Part shown: piece after piece, positions 18,195 through 26,286 of the stretch
How the letters are laid out: the number at the start of each line of letters is the position of its first letter
How positions within the stretch are numbered: position 1 is the stretch's first letter
NCBI GenBank assembly: GCA_004297735.1
Contig: SCTI01000002.1
Coordinates: 160-64,159 of the forward strand
DNA from: Patescibacteria group bacterium
GTDB taxonomy: Bacteria; Patescibacteriota; Saccharimonadia; UBA4664; SCTI01
Length of the DNA: 64,000 nt
Reading direction: 5' to 3'
Notes under the pieces: generated by a model
Told to the model about the DNA's origin: nothing
The model's database searches: none
Seen by the model: only the letters and a program-made list of their open reading frames with translations
Position numbers and translations under genes: made by a program

Positions 18195-19607
18195 CTAGTG
18201 CATCGCCGCGGTCACCGTGGTGGTGGTCCCCGGTGTGTCCGAGTCGGTGATGACGACCGCGGAGTCGAACGACCCGGGTGTCCCGGGCGTCTCGGCCTTG
18301 ACGTCGGTGTTACCCGTCGTCGTGACCGTGCCGCCGGTGCCGGTCGCGGTAGCCGTGATCGTCACCATGCCCGCGACCGAAGTCGCCCACATGGTCACCC
18401 GGTAGCACTTGGTGCCGGTCGGGCACGGTGTGCCATCCCAGCGGTACGGAACCGAGATCTTGCCGGCAAACCAGGCCGACGCGTTGCCGCTGGTGATGAC
18501 CGCGTCACCGCTGGCGCCTTCACCCGAAGCCTCGTAGTAAACCTGGCAGTTGCCAGTCACGAAGATGTGGGCGCAGGTCGTCAGCTGGATCGACGGCGGT
18601 GGAATCACCGGCGGAGGCGGCGTGACCGGGGGCGGCGGCGGAGGCGGAACCTCCTTCTTGCAGATATCCCCGTTCACCGTCACGTAGTTGCCGTTGCCGA
18701 CCACCACGATGCTGCACTCCGCAACGATCACGAAGCACTGCTGGATCTGCGAGTTCCACACGTGGTTCTGCTCGGCCTTGCACTGCTGCTCAGCCGAAAC
18801 CACCTGGCCGGGGGTTGCGGTTGGCGGGACCTCAGCCGTCGGCGGGATCTTGCGAACCAGCCGCCTCTTGACCGACTTGACCTTCTTGACGAAGGCCCGG
18901 ACATACGTCTTGCACTTCTGCCACTTCTTGCCGGCCACCACGTTACGGCAGTAGGCCTTCATGAAGGGGCGATACGAGACGCACTCCTTGTACTTCTGGT
19001 GGTAGGTGGTGCTCGTCTCGATCGTCTCGTCGACGTACACCTCCGTCTCACCGGTCGCGTCGTTGTGCACGAACTGCTCCGGCGAGATCGAGATGACCTT
19101 GCTGGTGGGCTTCCCCACCGGCTTCGGCTTCCCGACCCGCTTCTTGCTCGTCGACCGAACGGCCAGCACACCCATGTGGGAATGCCGGTAGTTGCCGTCG
19201 AATGTCGAGTAGACGCCCCCGCTGCACGAGGTGTTGAACGACAGCGTGTAGCCGCCCGGGGTGGTCGTGAAGACCACCTTCGGCGACTGCAGGAACGCCA
19301 TGACCGACTGGTCCTGGTGCATGTAGCCCTGCTCGATGAGCTTGCGCTTCATCGAAGGCAGGAACTTCTTGCCCGCCGGCGTCTTGTAATACGCGACGGC
19401 GCCGGCCTTCGAGGTGAAGCCCGGACCGCAGTACGCCTGGGCCGGCGCGGCGGCGCCGAACGACATCAGGATCGCCGCCACCACGGCGGCGATCGACAGC
19501 ATGACCTTGCGGAACATGGTGACCTCCAGGGTCGTGGGACGGATGAACTTGATGAATCGGCTGACGAACTTGTCAGCCGTCTGGCGGGTGAGGTGCACGT
19601 TGGGCAT
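18195..19607 (-). CDS. GC-rich secreted Cys-rich protein with poly-proline linker and Thr/Gly-rich C-terminus, unknown function
   Basis: ATG at 19607 follows AAAGGAGGGG. The first 30 codons have G/C at the third position in 27 of 30 (hand count). An internal Met at 19517 (GGAGGTCACC upstream) starts a classical signal peptide, MFRKVMLSIAAVVAAILMSFGAAAPAQA. PPPPPPPVTPPPPVIPPP linker. Confidence 0.75.
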   Translation of the reverse strand: MPNVHLTRQTADKFVSRFIKFIRPTTLEVTMFRKVMLSIAAVVAAILMSFGAAAPAQAYCGPGFTSKAGAVAYYKTPAGKKFLPSMKRKLIEQGYMHQDQSVMAFLQSPKVVFTTTPGGYTLSFNTSCSGGVYSTFDGNYRHSHMGVLAVRSTSKKRVGKPKPVGKPTSKVISISPEQFVHNDATGETEVYVDETIETSTTYHQKYKECVSYRPFMKAYCRNVVAGKKWQKCKTYVRAFVKKVKSVKRRLVRKIPPTAEVPPTATPGQVVSAEQQCKAEQNHVWNSQIQQCFVIVAECSIVVVGNGNYVTVNGDICKKEVPPPPPPPVTPPPPVIPPPSIQLTTCAHIFVTGNCQVYYEASGEGASGDAVITSGNASAWFAGKISVPYRWDGTPCPTGTKCYRVTMWATSVAGMVTITATATGTGGTVTTTGNTDVKAETPGTPGSFDSAVVITDSDTPGTTTTVTAAMH

Positions 19608-19682
19608 GACCCCTCCTTTCGGATGGCTGACAAGACTACCGCGTAGCCCAACTACGCGGTTACGGTGATGTGTACCGAAACC

Positions 19683-19718
19683 TGGGAATATATCGTGGGC
19701 GGCACAAATATATTCCCA
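19683..19718. repeat. 11-bp perfect inverted repeat in the 5' UTR
   Basis: TGGGAATATAT (19683-19693) and ATATATTCCCA (19708-19718) with a 14-nt spacer. A CCGCGTAG/CTACGCGG hairpin lies nearby at about 19639-19659. Confidence 0.8.
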
Positions 19719-19884
19719 GAGTACGGCACACAGCCTAATCGCGTAGAGGACTGTGCAAATGTCTAGTTCTATAGGTATCAAGGGTCTTGATGACCCATGA
19801 CTATCTAGCTTGTCAATGTCCCCTCATCTGAACCAGTTCGGTTGATTTCTCCACCTCACCTCTGTTCTTCAGAGTGAATATAAC

Positions 19885-19913
19885 AATATATCATGCTTAT
19901 GCATTTTTGTCAA
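19885..19913 (-). promoter_or_regulatory. Sigma70-type promoter, ATTGACAAAA family
   Basis: Minus strand: TTGACA (19913-19908), 17 nt, TATATT (19890-19885). The context is AGTATTGACAAAAA. Confidence 0.65.
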
Positions 19914-19977
19914 TACTTAAGCTGTATAAAATGCTTATGATTTTAGTGCATTCTCATAAGATATAATTCCTGTGCTT

Positions 19978-20008
19978 GGGGCCAGATCGTACAATCTGAT
20001 CTGACCCC
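19978..20008 (-). terminator. Hairpin terminator after the peptidase gene
   Basis: Minus strand: GGGGTCAGATC-agattgtac-GATCTGGCCCC, an 11-bp stem including one G-U pair. Confidence 0.6.
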
Positions 20009-20032
20009 AGTTCTCTATCTATTCCGAACCTG

Positions 20033-20950
20033 TTAACGTTCGGCGGTCCAGGTTGAGACCATGGCAGAGGCGCGGAGTTCATTGGCCGTGAAGCCTCTGT
20101 TCTCGTTGTTCCGCCCGAACTGCCCTGTATTCCAAGGGTCTGCCAGGTAGAACTTGCCCTGCTTAAAGCCGCGGATCACCAAAAAGTGTCCGCCTCCTGT
20201 AAACGGTCCAGGAGCAAAGAGAATGATCGCGAGACCACCTCTTTGAACGGTATTGGCTACCAAACCGAGATCTCCTCCTGTGCGGCGGGCCTCAAGCCCC
20301 ATACTCAGGAGGGCGGTCAAGATGATGTCTCCGCCACCATGGAAGTAGCTCAACACTCCACCCTGGATAATCTGACTGCAGTACTTGCGAGCCAGACTAA
20401 CAGGAGAGACCCTGCTTCCAGGATGAAGCGTCCGGCCCACCATAGTGAGAGCCGTCACGCCGCAACCCGAACCCTTGATCGTTCTGCCGCCACCGAGGCG
20501 ACAAAACGGCTTGCCTCCCCACTTCTTCGAGGTTTGGTTGAGGCTGACCATCGGATAATGTCCACCGATGGTGTAGCCAAATCCCCTCTTAAAGGGGCGG
20601 ATGTGCGCGCCTGATTGACGCTGAGGGTTCGACGGATGGCGACGAGCCGGCTTGGTGGCCGACTTCGGTGCCTTATCGGTACCCTCTTCTCCCTTCACAA
20701 TCCCCAGATCTTCAATGGTTGTCTCATCTGGAGGAAGCGGCGGGAGCTCGGTCGCAACCGGCGGGGGTGCCTCCGTCGAAGGGGGCAAGGTTTCTTCGGG
20801 TGGGGGCGAAGAATTTGGATCCTCAACCACCACCGTTTCACCGTTACCGGTGATGACGGTTTGAGCCATACCCGAAGCGGGTGCCCAGGTCGCGATCGCC
20901 AGCGTAGCGCTGGCAACCAAAGCCAGGATAATGCTGATGAAGCGTGACAT
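20033..20950 (-). CDS. Secreted papain-fold cysteine peptidase, C39-like domain, with Pro-rich linker
   Basis: Signal peptide MSRFISIILALVASATLAIATWAPASGMA. PPPEETLPPSTEAPPP linker. Candidate triad is Cys in GSGCGVTALTMV, His in GGGHFLVIRG and Asp in LADPW. AGAGG RBS before the ATG at 20950. Confidence 0.7.
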   Translation of the reverse strand: MSRFISIILALVASATLAIATWAPASGMAQTVITGNGETVVVEDPNSSPPPEETLPPSTEAPPPVATELPPLPPDETTIEDLGIVKGEEGTDKAPKSATKPARRHPSNPQRQSGAHIRPFKRGFGYTIGGHYPMVSLNQTSKKWGGKPFCRLGGGRTIKGSGCGVTALTMVGRTLHPGSRVSPVSLARKYCSQIIQGGVLSYFHGGGDIILTALLSMGLEARRTGGDLGLVANTVQRGGLAIILFAPGPFTGGGHFLVIRGFKQGKFYLADPWNTGQFGRNNENRGFTANELRASAMVSTWTAER

Positions 20951-21004
20951 GTACACCTCTAGAGGTTGAATTTTCAGAGAACGTGTCCCTTTACGGGATA
21001 TTAC

Positions 21005-21033
21005 ACTATATAATACTTTTGTTTTTTTGTCAA
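21005..21033 (-). promoter_or_regulatory. Sigma70-type promoter, ATTGACAAAA family
   Basis: Minus strand: TTGACA (21033-21028), 17 nt, TATAGT (21010-21005). The context is AGATTGACAAAAAAA. Confidence 0.65.
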
Positions 21034-21102
21034 TCTAAGAATCGACTATGTTTAATCTGGTTTTCATCTGTTGAGCGTGGATTCGTGGGAGGTAAAGTGG
21101 GG

Positions 21103-21132
21103 CCCTGGAGCGGCAGAGTTGCCGCCCCAGGG
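21103..21132 (-). terminator. Hairpin terminator after the 95-aa gene
   Basis: Minus strand: CCCTGGGGCGGCA-actc-TGCCGCTCCAGGG, a 13-bp stem with one G-U pair. Confidence 0.6.
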
Positions 21133-21142
21133 TTGAGTCGCA

Positions 21143-21430
21143 TCAAAAGCAGGGCCGATGGGCCCAGTACTGGACCGAGTATGAGGGGTAGCCAGCCACC
21201 CTGACTACCTCGACCCAGCGAGTGAGCAGAGGCGCCGAGATGGTGACTTCCTCAAAGTCAAGGCACATCCGGTAAAGCTTTCCGCTGCTGCTCCATCCGG
21301 TGTTGTTGTACGGGCTTGCCGGGGCCTTGGTTGCTGCGGCTGCCCAAAAACAGCACAAGCCGGCCGACAGCAGCATGATGAGCAGGAATGCTCGCCAGCC
21401 CCGGCGGTACAACGACATCAGGTGTGACAT
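21143..21430 (-). CDS. GC-rich small secreted protein, 95 aa, unknown function
   Basis: GAGGAGGG lies upstream of the ATG at 21430. Signal-like MSHLMSLYRRGWRAFLLIMLLSAGLCCFWAAAATKA. Third codon positions are mostly G/C in this frame. The mature part has two Cys. Confidence 0.65.
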   Translation of the reverse strand: MSHLMSLYRRGWRAFLLIMLLSAGLCCFWAAAATKAPASPYNNTGWSSSGKLYRMCLDFEEVTISAPLLTRWVEVVRVAGYPSYSVQYWAHRPCF

Positions 21431-21588
21431 AATCTGGCACCCTCCTCAGGGCTTCAAGATCTACAGATCGTGAACTTCTGCGGTAGGGCATCCGTGCCCC
21501 TCCTATGTGGTTGCTTTCCTATCTGATACGACTCTGGGTGACTTGATCACCCACGAATCAACACATCGCTGTCAACGTACGATGGACA

Positions 21589-21617
21589 AATATACCATAA
21601 AGCTTACGTTTTGTCAA
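21589..21617 (-). promoter_or_regulatory. Sigma70-type promoter, ATTGACAAAA family
   Basis: Minus strand: TTGACA (21617-21612), 17 nt, TATATT (21594-21589). The context is TCATTGACAAAAC. Confidence 0.65.
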
Positions 21618-21701
21618 TGATTTTACAGCACTGTATAGCTGATTTAATTACCAGTTAATTAAAAATTCGACAGATAGAACGATCTGGATTATGGTCGATA
21701 T

Positions 21702-21947
21702 ATGAACTATATTGATCAGCCTGGCTACGAGGAGTTTAAGGAAGCAATAAAGCGCTTCCACCCCGACACTCAAGAGCGTTTATTGCGCATACATGCTAAA
21801 AATGAGCAAAGGTGGAGAGCTCACGATGAAGATTTTTACGCAGTTATTGAGGATACAACTCAGATGAAGAAGTTATTACGACGGATTAAAAAGCGTCTTG
21901 ATGCATTTGAAAATAAGTCTAAAGCGGTCGGGACAAGAAAAGCCTAA
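21702..21947 (+). CDS. AT-rich hypothetical protein, 81 aa
   Basis: ORF MNYIDQPGYEEFKEAIKRFHPDTQERLL... is convergent with secA and overlaps its stop by 4 nt. No recognised family. Confidence 0.45.
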   Translation: MNYIDQPGYEEFKEAIKRFHPDTQERLLRIHAKNEQRWRAHDEDFYAVIEDTTQMKKLLRRIKKRLDAFENKSKAVGTRKA

Positions 21948-24556
21948 CGTCGTTTTTTGCGTTTTTTGTTTGCCTTTTTAGAGCCCCCAGATGAGCTCTT
22001 TTGTCGTCTAGCAGCACGGTTGCCACCAGATGGAGCAACCTCTTCCCCATCTGATCCGGCCTGGCTCATATCGCTGAGCTCGTGGGCCTGGGCAGCGGCC
22101 CGGGTCATAGCGGTCTGGACCTGTTCACCGGCTGGTTCAATGGTCAGGCTGGCGCGTAAGATTGAATTGGCAATCTCCGCCTCCATAATCTGGATCAGCC
22201 GATTAAATAGGTTGTGACTTTCGCGCTTGTACTCAATTAACGGATCGCGCTGACCAATGGCACGCAGGCCAATACCTTCACGCAGTCGCTCCATGGCCTC
22301 CAGGTGCTCAATCCATAACCGGTCGAGTATCTGCAGGTAAACCAGCCGCTCCAGCAAGCGCATCGCCTCCGACCCCATCTGTTGTTCCCTGGAATCATAC
22401 AGCTTAGCGGTGTAACCAATTAGGATTTGAGCCACATCTCGCGGGTCAGCATCCTTAACCTGATCTATTACCGACTGGTCCAACATCATGCCGGCCTGGA
22501 CCTGTTCAACCACCTTATCGGTATCAAGTATGCCGGTACGCTGATCGGTGTGAGCTTCAACCAACACCGTCATCTCGTGAGCCAGCATCTTCTCAATCTC
22601 TTCCCTCAGGTTGGCGTGCTTGAGCGCCGCCTTGCGTCGGCTGTAAATCACCTCACGGTGTCGGTTCATTACATCGTCAAACTCAACCACCTGCTTGCGA
22701 ATGTCGAAGTTGTGCCCCTCCACCTTCTTTTGGGCGTTTTCAAGACTACGACTAACCACGCCGCTCTCAATCGGCGTTTCGTCGTCAACACCTAGACTTT
22801 GCATCAAACCGGCCACTCGCTCGCCACCAAAGATGCGCATCAGATCATCTTCGAGCGAGACATAAAAACGGGTTGAGCCTGGGTCACCCTGGCGCCCAGC
22901 GCGACCACGCAGCTGGTTGTCGATCCGACGAGACTCGTTGCGCTCGGTACCAATTACGTACAAACCGCCAACCTCCTGCACTCCTTCGCCCAACACAATA
23001 TCGGTACCACGACCGGCGATGTTGGTGGCAAGCGTCACCGCCCCCGGCTGGCCGGCATCGGCCACAATTGAGGCCTCGCGTTCGTTGTTTTTGGCGTTGA
23101 GCACTCGGTGCGGAATCTTAGCCTTACTTAGCAACTGGCTCAGCATTTCGTTCTTAGCGATTGAGGCAGTACCAACCAACACCGGCTGACCGGCCTGGTG
23201 TCGCTCGGCAATATCACCCACCACGGCGTTAAACTTACCCATCTGAGTACGATAAATTCGATCTGGATGGTCAATTCGGATATTGGGTTTGTTGGTTGGA
23301 ACCACCACCACATCTAGCTCATAGACCTTAAAGAACTCCTCTTTTTCGGTCGCGGCGGTACCGGTCATACCGGCCAGCTTCTGGTAAAGGCGGAAGTAGT
23401 TCTGGAAGGTGATGGTGGCTAGCGTCATCGATTCCTGACGAATCTCAACCCCCTCTTTGGCCTCAATCGCCTGGTGTAGACCCTCGCTGTAGCGACGACC
23501 GTGCATTAAGCGACCGGTGAACTCGTCCACAATAATGATCTCGTTTTCGCGCACCACGTAATCTCGATCCTTGAGGTAGAGCGACTGAGCCTTGAGCGAC
23601 TGCTCAACGTGGTGAACGTCCTCAATCCGACCGGCTTCGTAAACATTATCAACACCTAAAGCCTTTTCCAGCTTACAAATACCATCGTCGGTAACACTGA
23701 CCGCCTTTTGCTTTTCGTCCAAGGTGTAATCTGTCCCCTCCTGTAAACCCTGGGCCAAGCGGGCAAACTGACGATACTTGTCGGTGCTTTCGCCGGCCGG
23801 GGCGCTAATGATGAGTGGAGTCCGTGACTCGTCAATCAAGATAGAGTCGACCTCGTCAACAATGGCGTAGGCCAGATCACGCTGCACCATCGCTGGCTCT
23901 TCATTAACCATATTGTCGCGCAAGTAATCAAAACCAAACTCGTTGTTGGTACCGTAGGTAATATCGGCGGTATAGGCTTCGCGGCGGCTAACCGGGCGCA
24001 GATGTTTGAGTCGGACGTCGTCAACACCTTCGGCCCCATAGTCCGGATCGTACAGATAAGCTGATACACCAAAGGTCGCCTGTGGCACAATCACCCCGGT
24101 GGTCAAGCCAAGCGCATGGTAAATCTGAGCCATCCAGCCGGCGTCACGTCGTGCCAGATAGTCGTTAACGGTCACCACGTGAACGCCCTTACCGGCCAAA
24201 GCGTTAAGGTAGGTTGGCGCGGTAGCAACCAGGGTCTTACCCTCACCGGTCCGCATTTCGGCGATTTTACCCTGGTGGAGCACGATTCCGCCGATTAGCT
24301 GGACATCATAATGGCGCTGGCCAATGGTGCGCCTGGCGGCTTCGCGAACCGTGGCAAAGGCTTCGGGCAGGAGATCATCGATGCCGACACCTTCTTTGGC
24401 AAGCTGATCTTTGAGCTTTTGGGTCTGATCTTTGAGCTTAGCATCGGATAATTTCTTGGTTTTGGCTTCGAGTGCGTTGACCTGTTCAACCAGCCGCTGA
24501 GCGCGGTTGACTTCGCGGGAACTGGTATCGCCAAAAATGCGCTGCAACAACTTCAT
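21944..24556 (-). CDS. secA: Preprotein translocase ATPase SecA
   Basis: 870 aa with MRTGEGKTL Walker A, DEVDSILIDE DEAD-like box and TNIAGRGTDI. The C-terminus is a Lys/Arg-rich tail without the Cys zinc motif. Confidence 0.95.
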   Translation of the reverse strand: MKLLQRIFGDTSSREVNRAQRLVEQVNALEAKTKKLSDAKLKDQTQKLKDQLAKEGVGIDDLLPEAFATVREAARRTIGQRHYDVQLIGGIVLHQGKIAEMRTGEGKTLVATAPTYLNALAGKGVHVVTVNDYLARRDAGWMAQIYHALGLTTGVIVPQATFGVSAYLYDPDYGAEGVDDVRLKHLRPVSRREAYTADITYGTNNEFGFDYLRDNMVNEEPAMVQRDLAYAIVDEVDSILIDESRTPLIISAPAGESTDKYRQFARLAQGLQEGTDYTLDEKQKAVSVTDDGICKLEKALGVDNVYEAGRIEDVHHVEQSLKAQSLYLKDRDYVVRENEIIIVDEFTGRLMHGRRYSEGLHQAIEAKEGVEIRQESMTLATITFQNYFRLYQKLAGMTGTAATEKEEFFKVYELDVVVVPTNKPNIRIDHPDRIYRTQMGKFNAVVGDIAERHQAGQPVLVGTASIAKNEMLSQLLSKAKIPHRVLNAKNNEREASIVADAGQPGAVTLATNIAGRGTDIVLGEGVQEVGGLYVIGTERNESRRIDNQLRGRAGRQGDPGSTRFYVSLEDDLMRIFGGERVAGLMQSLGVDDETPIESGVVSRSLENAQKKVEGHNFDIRKQVVEFDDVMNRHREVIYSRRKAALKHANLREEIEKMLAHEMTVLVEAHTDQRTGILDTDKVVEQVQAGMMLDQSVIDQVKDADPRDVAQILIGYTAKLYDSREQQMGSEAMRLLERLVYLQILDRLWIEHLEAMERLREGIGLRAIGQRDPLIEYKRESHNLFNRLIQIMEAEIANSILRASLTIEPAGEQVQTAMTRAAAQAHELSDMSQAGSDGEEVAPSGGNRAARRQKSSSGGSKKANKKRKKRR

Positions 24557-24607
24557 AACCTGGTTATTTTAGCACATTTCTCCAGGTGTGACAGGCTCTT
24601 TAAGTGA

Positions 24608-24985
24608 CTACTGTGTATCAACTGGTGGGTAATCAGATTCAGCGACTTGATTACCTCGCCGACGCGGACGGTGCGAGCTATGCTTATCCTTATACTTGAT
24701 AATCTGGGACTTTAGCTTTTGCTCAACAATATCAACCGCAGCATACAAGTTAACCGTGCCCTCCTTGGCAAACATGTCTACGCCGGGCACGTCTAGACGC
24801 ACCTCGCAAATATACTGGTAGCCCTCGCCGGCGCTTTTATCAAACTCCAGTACCACCTTACCCTTGGCGATGGCATGACCTTTGGGCATGTAACGATCCA
24901 GCTGACCAATCTTACGCCCTACGTAGTCCTGTAGCTTGTCGTCCAGCTCCTCGTGATGGCGAGCGGTTAACTGTAGGTTAATCAT
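24608..24985 (-). CDS. hpf: Ribosome hibernation/RaiA-family protein (short HPF)
   Basis: 125 aa. INLQLTARHHEELDDKLQDYVGRKIGQLDRY fits the sigma54-modulation/RaiA fold pattern. Confidence 0.8.
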   Translation of the reverse strand: MINLQLTARHHEELDDKLQDYVGRKIGQLDRYMPKGHAIAKGKVVLEFDKSAGEGYQYICEVRLDVPGVDMFAKEGTVNLYAAVDIVEQKLKSQIIKYKDKHSSHRPRRRGNQVAESDYPPVDTQ

Positions 24986-26208
24986 AGCGTCTTACCTCCA
25001 TAGTAGGTTTGCAGGGCTTCTGGTATGGCCACAGTACCATCCTCGGCCTGATGATTCTCAAGCAACGCAATTAGCAGGCGACTGGTTGCCACGGCGGTGC
25101 CATTTAGGGTATGCACGTGCTCCAGGCTACCATCTTCCTTTCGGGCGCGAATATTTAAGCGGCGAGCCTGATAATCAGTCACATTACTACAGCTGGTGAG
25201 TTCGCGATAGCTGCCATCAACCGGGCTCCAGTACTCAATGTCGTACTTCTTGTAGGCCGGGGCACCCAGATCGCCAGCCGCAATCCGTACCAGCCGATAC
25301 GGGATCTCTAGTTCATGGCAGATCCGTTCCTCAACCTCAACCAGCTTTTGATGCCATTTTTCGCTATCTTCGGGCGAGCAGAACACATACATTTCTAACT
25401 TATTAAACTGATGCACTCTGTATAAGCCCTTACTGTGTTTGCCGTAAGCCCCCGCCTCCTGGCGATAAGCCGGACTGTAGCCAGCATAGAGTAGCGGCAG
25501 CTGATCGGCTTCCAGGATTTCGTCGGCATGATAGCCGGTTAGCGGGATTTCGGCGGTAGCAATCAAGTTAAGGTCGTCGCCCTCAATCTCGTAGATCTGG
25601 CGCTCCTCACCGCGAGGGCTAAAACCGGTCCCGTTCATGGTGCGAGTGTTAGCCATATGCGGCACGCTCATTAGAGTAAAGCCCTCTTTTTCAAGCAGAT
25701 CCATGGCCATGTTTACCACCGCCATCTCGAGGCGGACCAAGGCGCCCTTTAAAAAGTAGAACTTGGCGCCGGCCACCTTGGCGCCACGCTCGAAGTCAAT
25801 CCAGTCGTTGGCTTCACCAAGAGTTAAATGATCCTTAACTCCGTCGCGCTTTTCGGCCTTGCCCCAGGTCCTTTCCTCACGATTATCCTCTTCCCCGCCT
25901 TCGGGTGTGTCAGTGGCAAGCAAGTTTGGAATCTGTTGCAGAACTGCATCCAGCTTTTCGGTGGTTTGCTTAAGCTGTTTTTCGAGCGGTTCAAGCTCGG
26001 CCTTGGCCTGCTGTAGGGCCTTGAGCTCATCCTCGCTAGGCTTACCCTTAACGTTCAGCTGGGCGCGGAGCTGCTCAACCTTGGCAATTTGCTGGGCGCG
26101 ATCGGCATCAAGTTTGATGGCTGCCTTTATATCAACCTTAATTCCTCTCTGCTCAGCTGAGGTTTGGTAATCTTCGGGGTTGGCTCGGAGGTTTTTGATA
26201 TCAATCAT
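24982..26208 (-). CDS. serS: Serine--tRNA ligase
   Basis: 408 aa with an N-terminal coiled-coil arm and class II motifs (FRQEAGAYG-like YRQEAGAYGK, GTAVATSR). Confidence 0.93.
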   Translation of the reverse strand: MIDIKNLRANPEDYQTSAEQRGIKVDIKAAIKLDADRAQQIAKVEQLRAQLNVKGKPSEDELKALQQAKAELEPLEKQLKQTTEKLDAVLQQIPNLLATDTPEGGEEDNREERTWGKAEKRDGVKDHLTLGEANDWIDFERGAKVAGAKFYFLKGALVRLEMAVVNMAMDLLEKEGFTLMSVPHMANTRTMNGTGFSPRGEERQIYEIEGDDLNLIATAEIPLTGYHADEILEADQLPLLYAGYSPAYRQEAGAYGKHSKGLYRVHQFNKLEMYVFCSPEDSEKWHQKLVEVEERICHELEIPYRLVRIAAGDLGAPAYKKYDIEYWSPVDGSYRELTSCSNVTDYQARRLNIRARKEDGSLEHVHTLNGTAVATSRLLIALLENHQAEDGTVAIPEALQTYYGGKTL

Positions 26209-26286
26209 AATAGCTTTATTATAGCGTGCCTAAAGGCTTTTTTATAGGTTGATTGTTACACAAATCAAGCCAAACTCCGGTCTTTA

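Larger units (their letters stand above)
18150..21620. other. GC-rich accessory locus: three monocistronic secreted-protein cassettes
   Basis: Hand count of 18241-18300 gives 42 of 60 G+C, against 26-33 of 60 for backbone lines. There are three minus-strand genes, each with its own consensus promoter and GC-rich hairpin terminator. No mobility gene is present. Confidence 0.7.

Noticed and set aside
18198-19646. 482-aa plus-strand ORF (Arg/Gly/Asp-rich), together with similar long antisense ORFs at 60335-62521 (728 aa), 53728-54405 (225 aa) and many 60-150-aa ORFs in the same regions
   Set aside because: These lie antisense or out of frame to well-supported GC-rich genes (the secreted protein, nrdJ and the recombinase). 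They have low-complexity Arg/Pro/Gly-rich translations and no RBS. They are the expected stop-codon-poor shadow frames of high-GC coding DNA.
21258-21491. 77-aa minus-strand ORF with a well-spaced AGGAGG RBS, overlapping the 95-aa gene in another frame
   Set aside because: The overlapping 21143..21430 frame has G/C-dominated third positions and a signal peptide. The 77-aa translation is low-complexity and has no such codon signal. A short upstream regulatory ORF starting at 21491 cannot be fully excluded.
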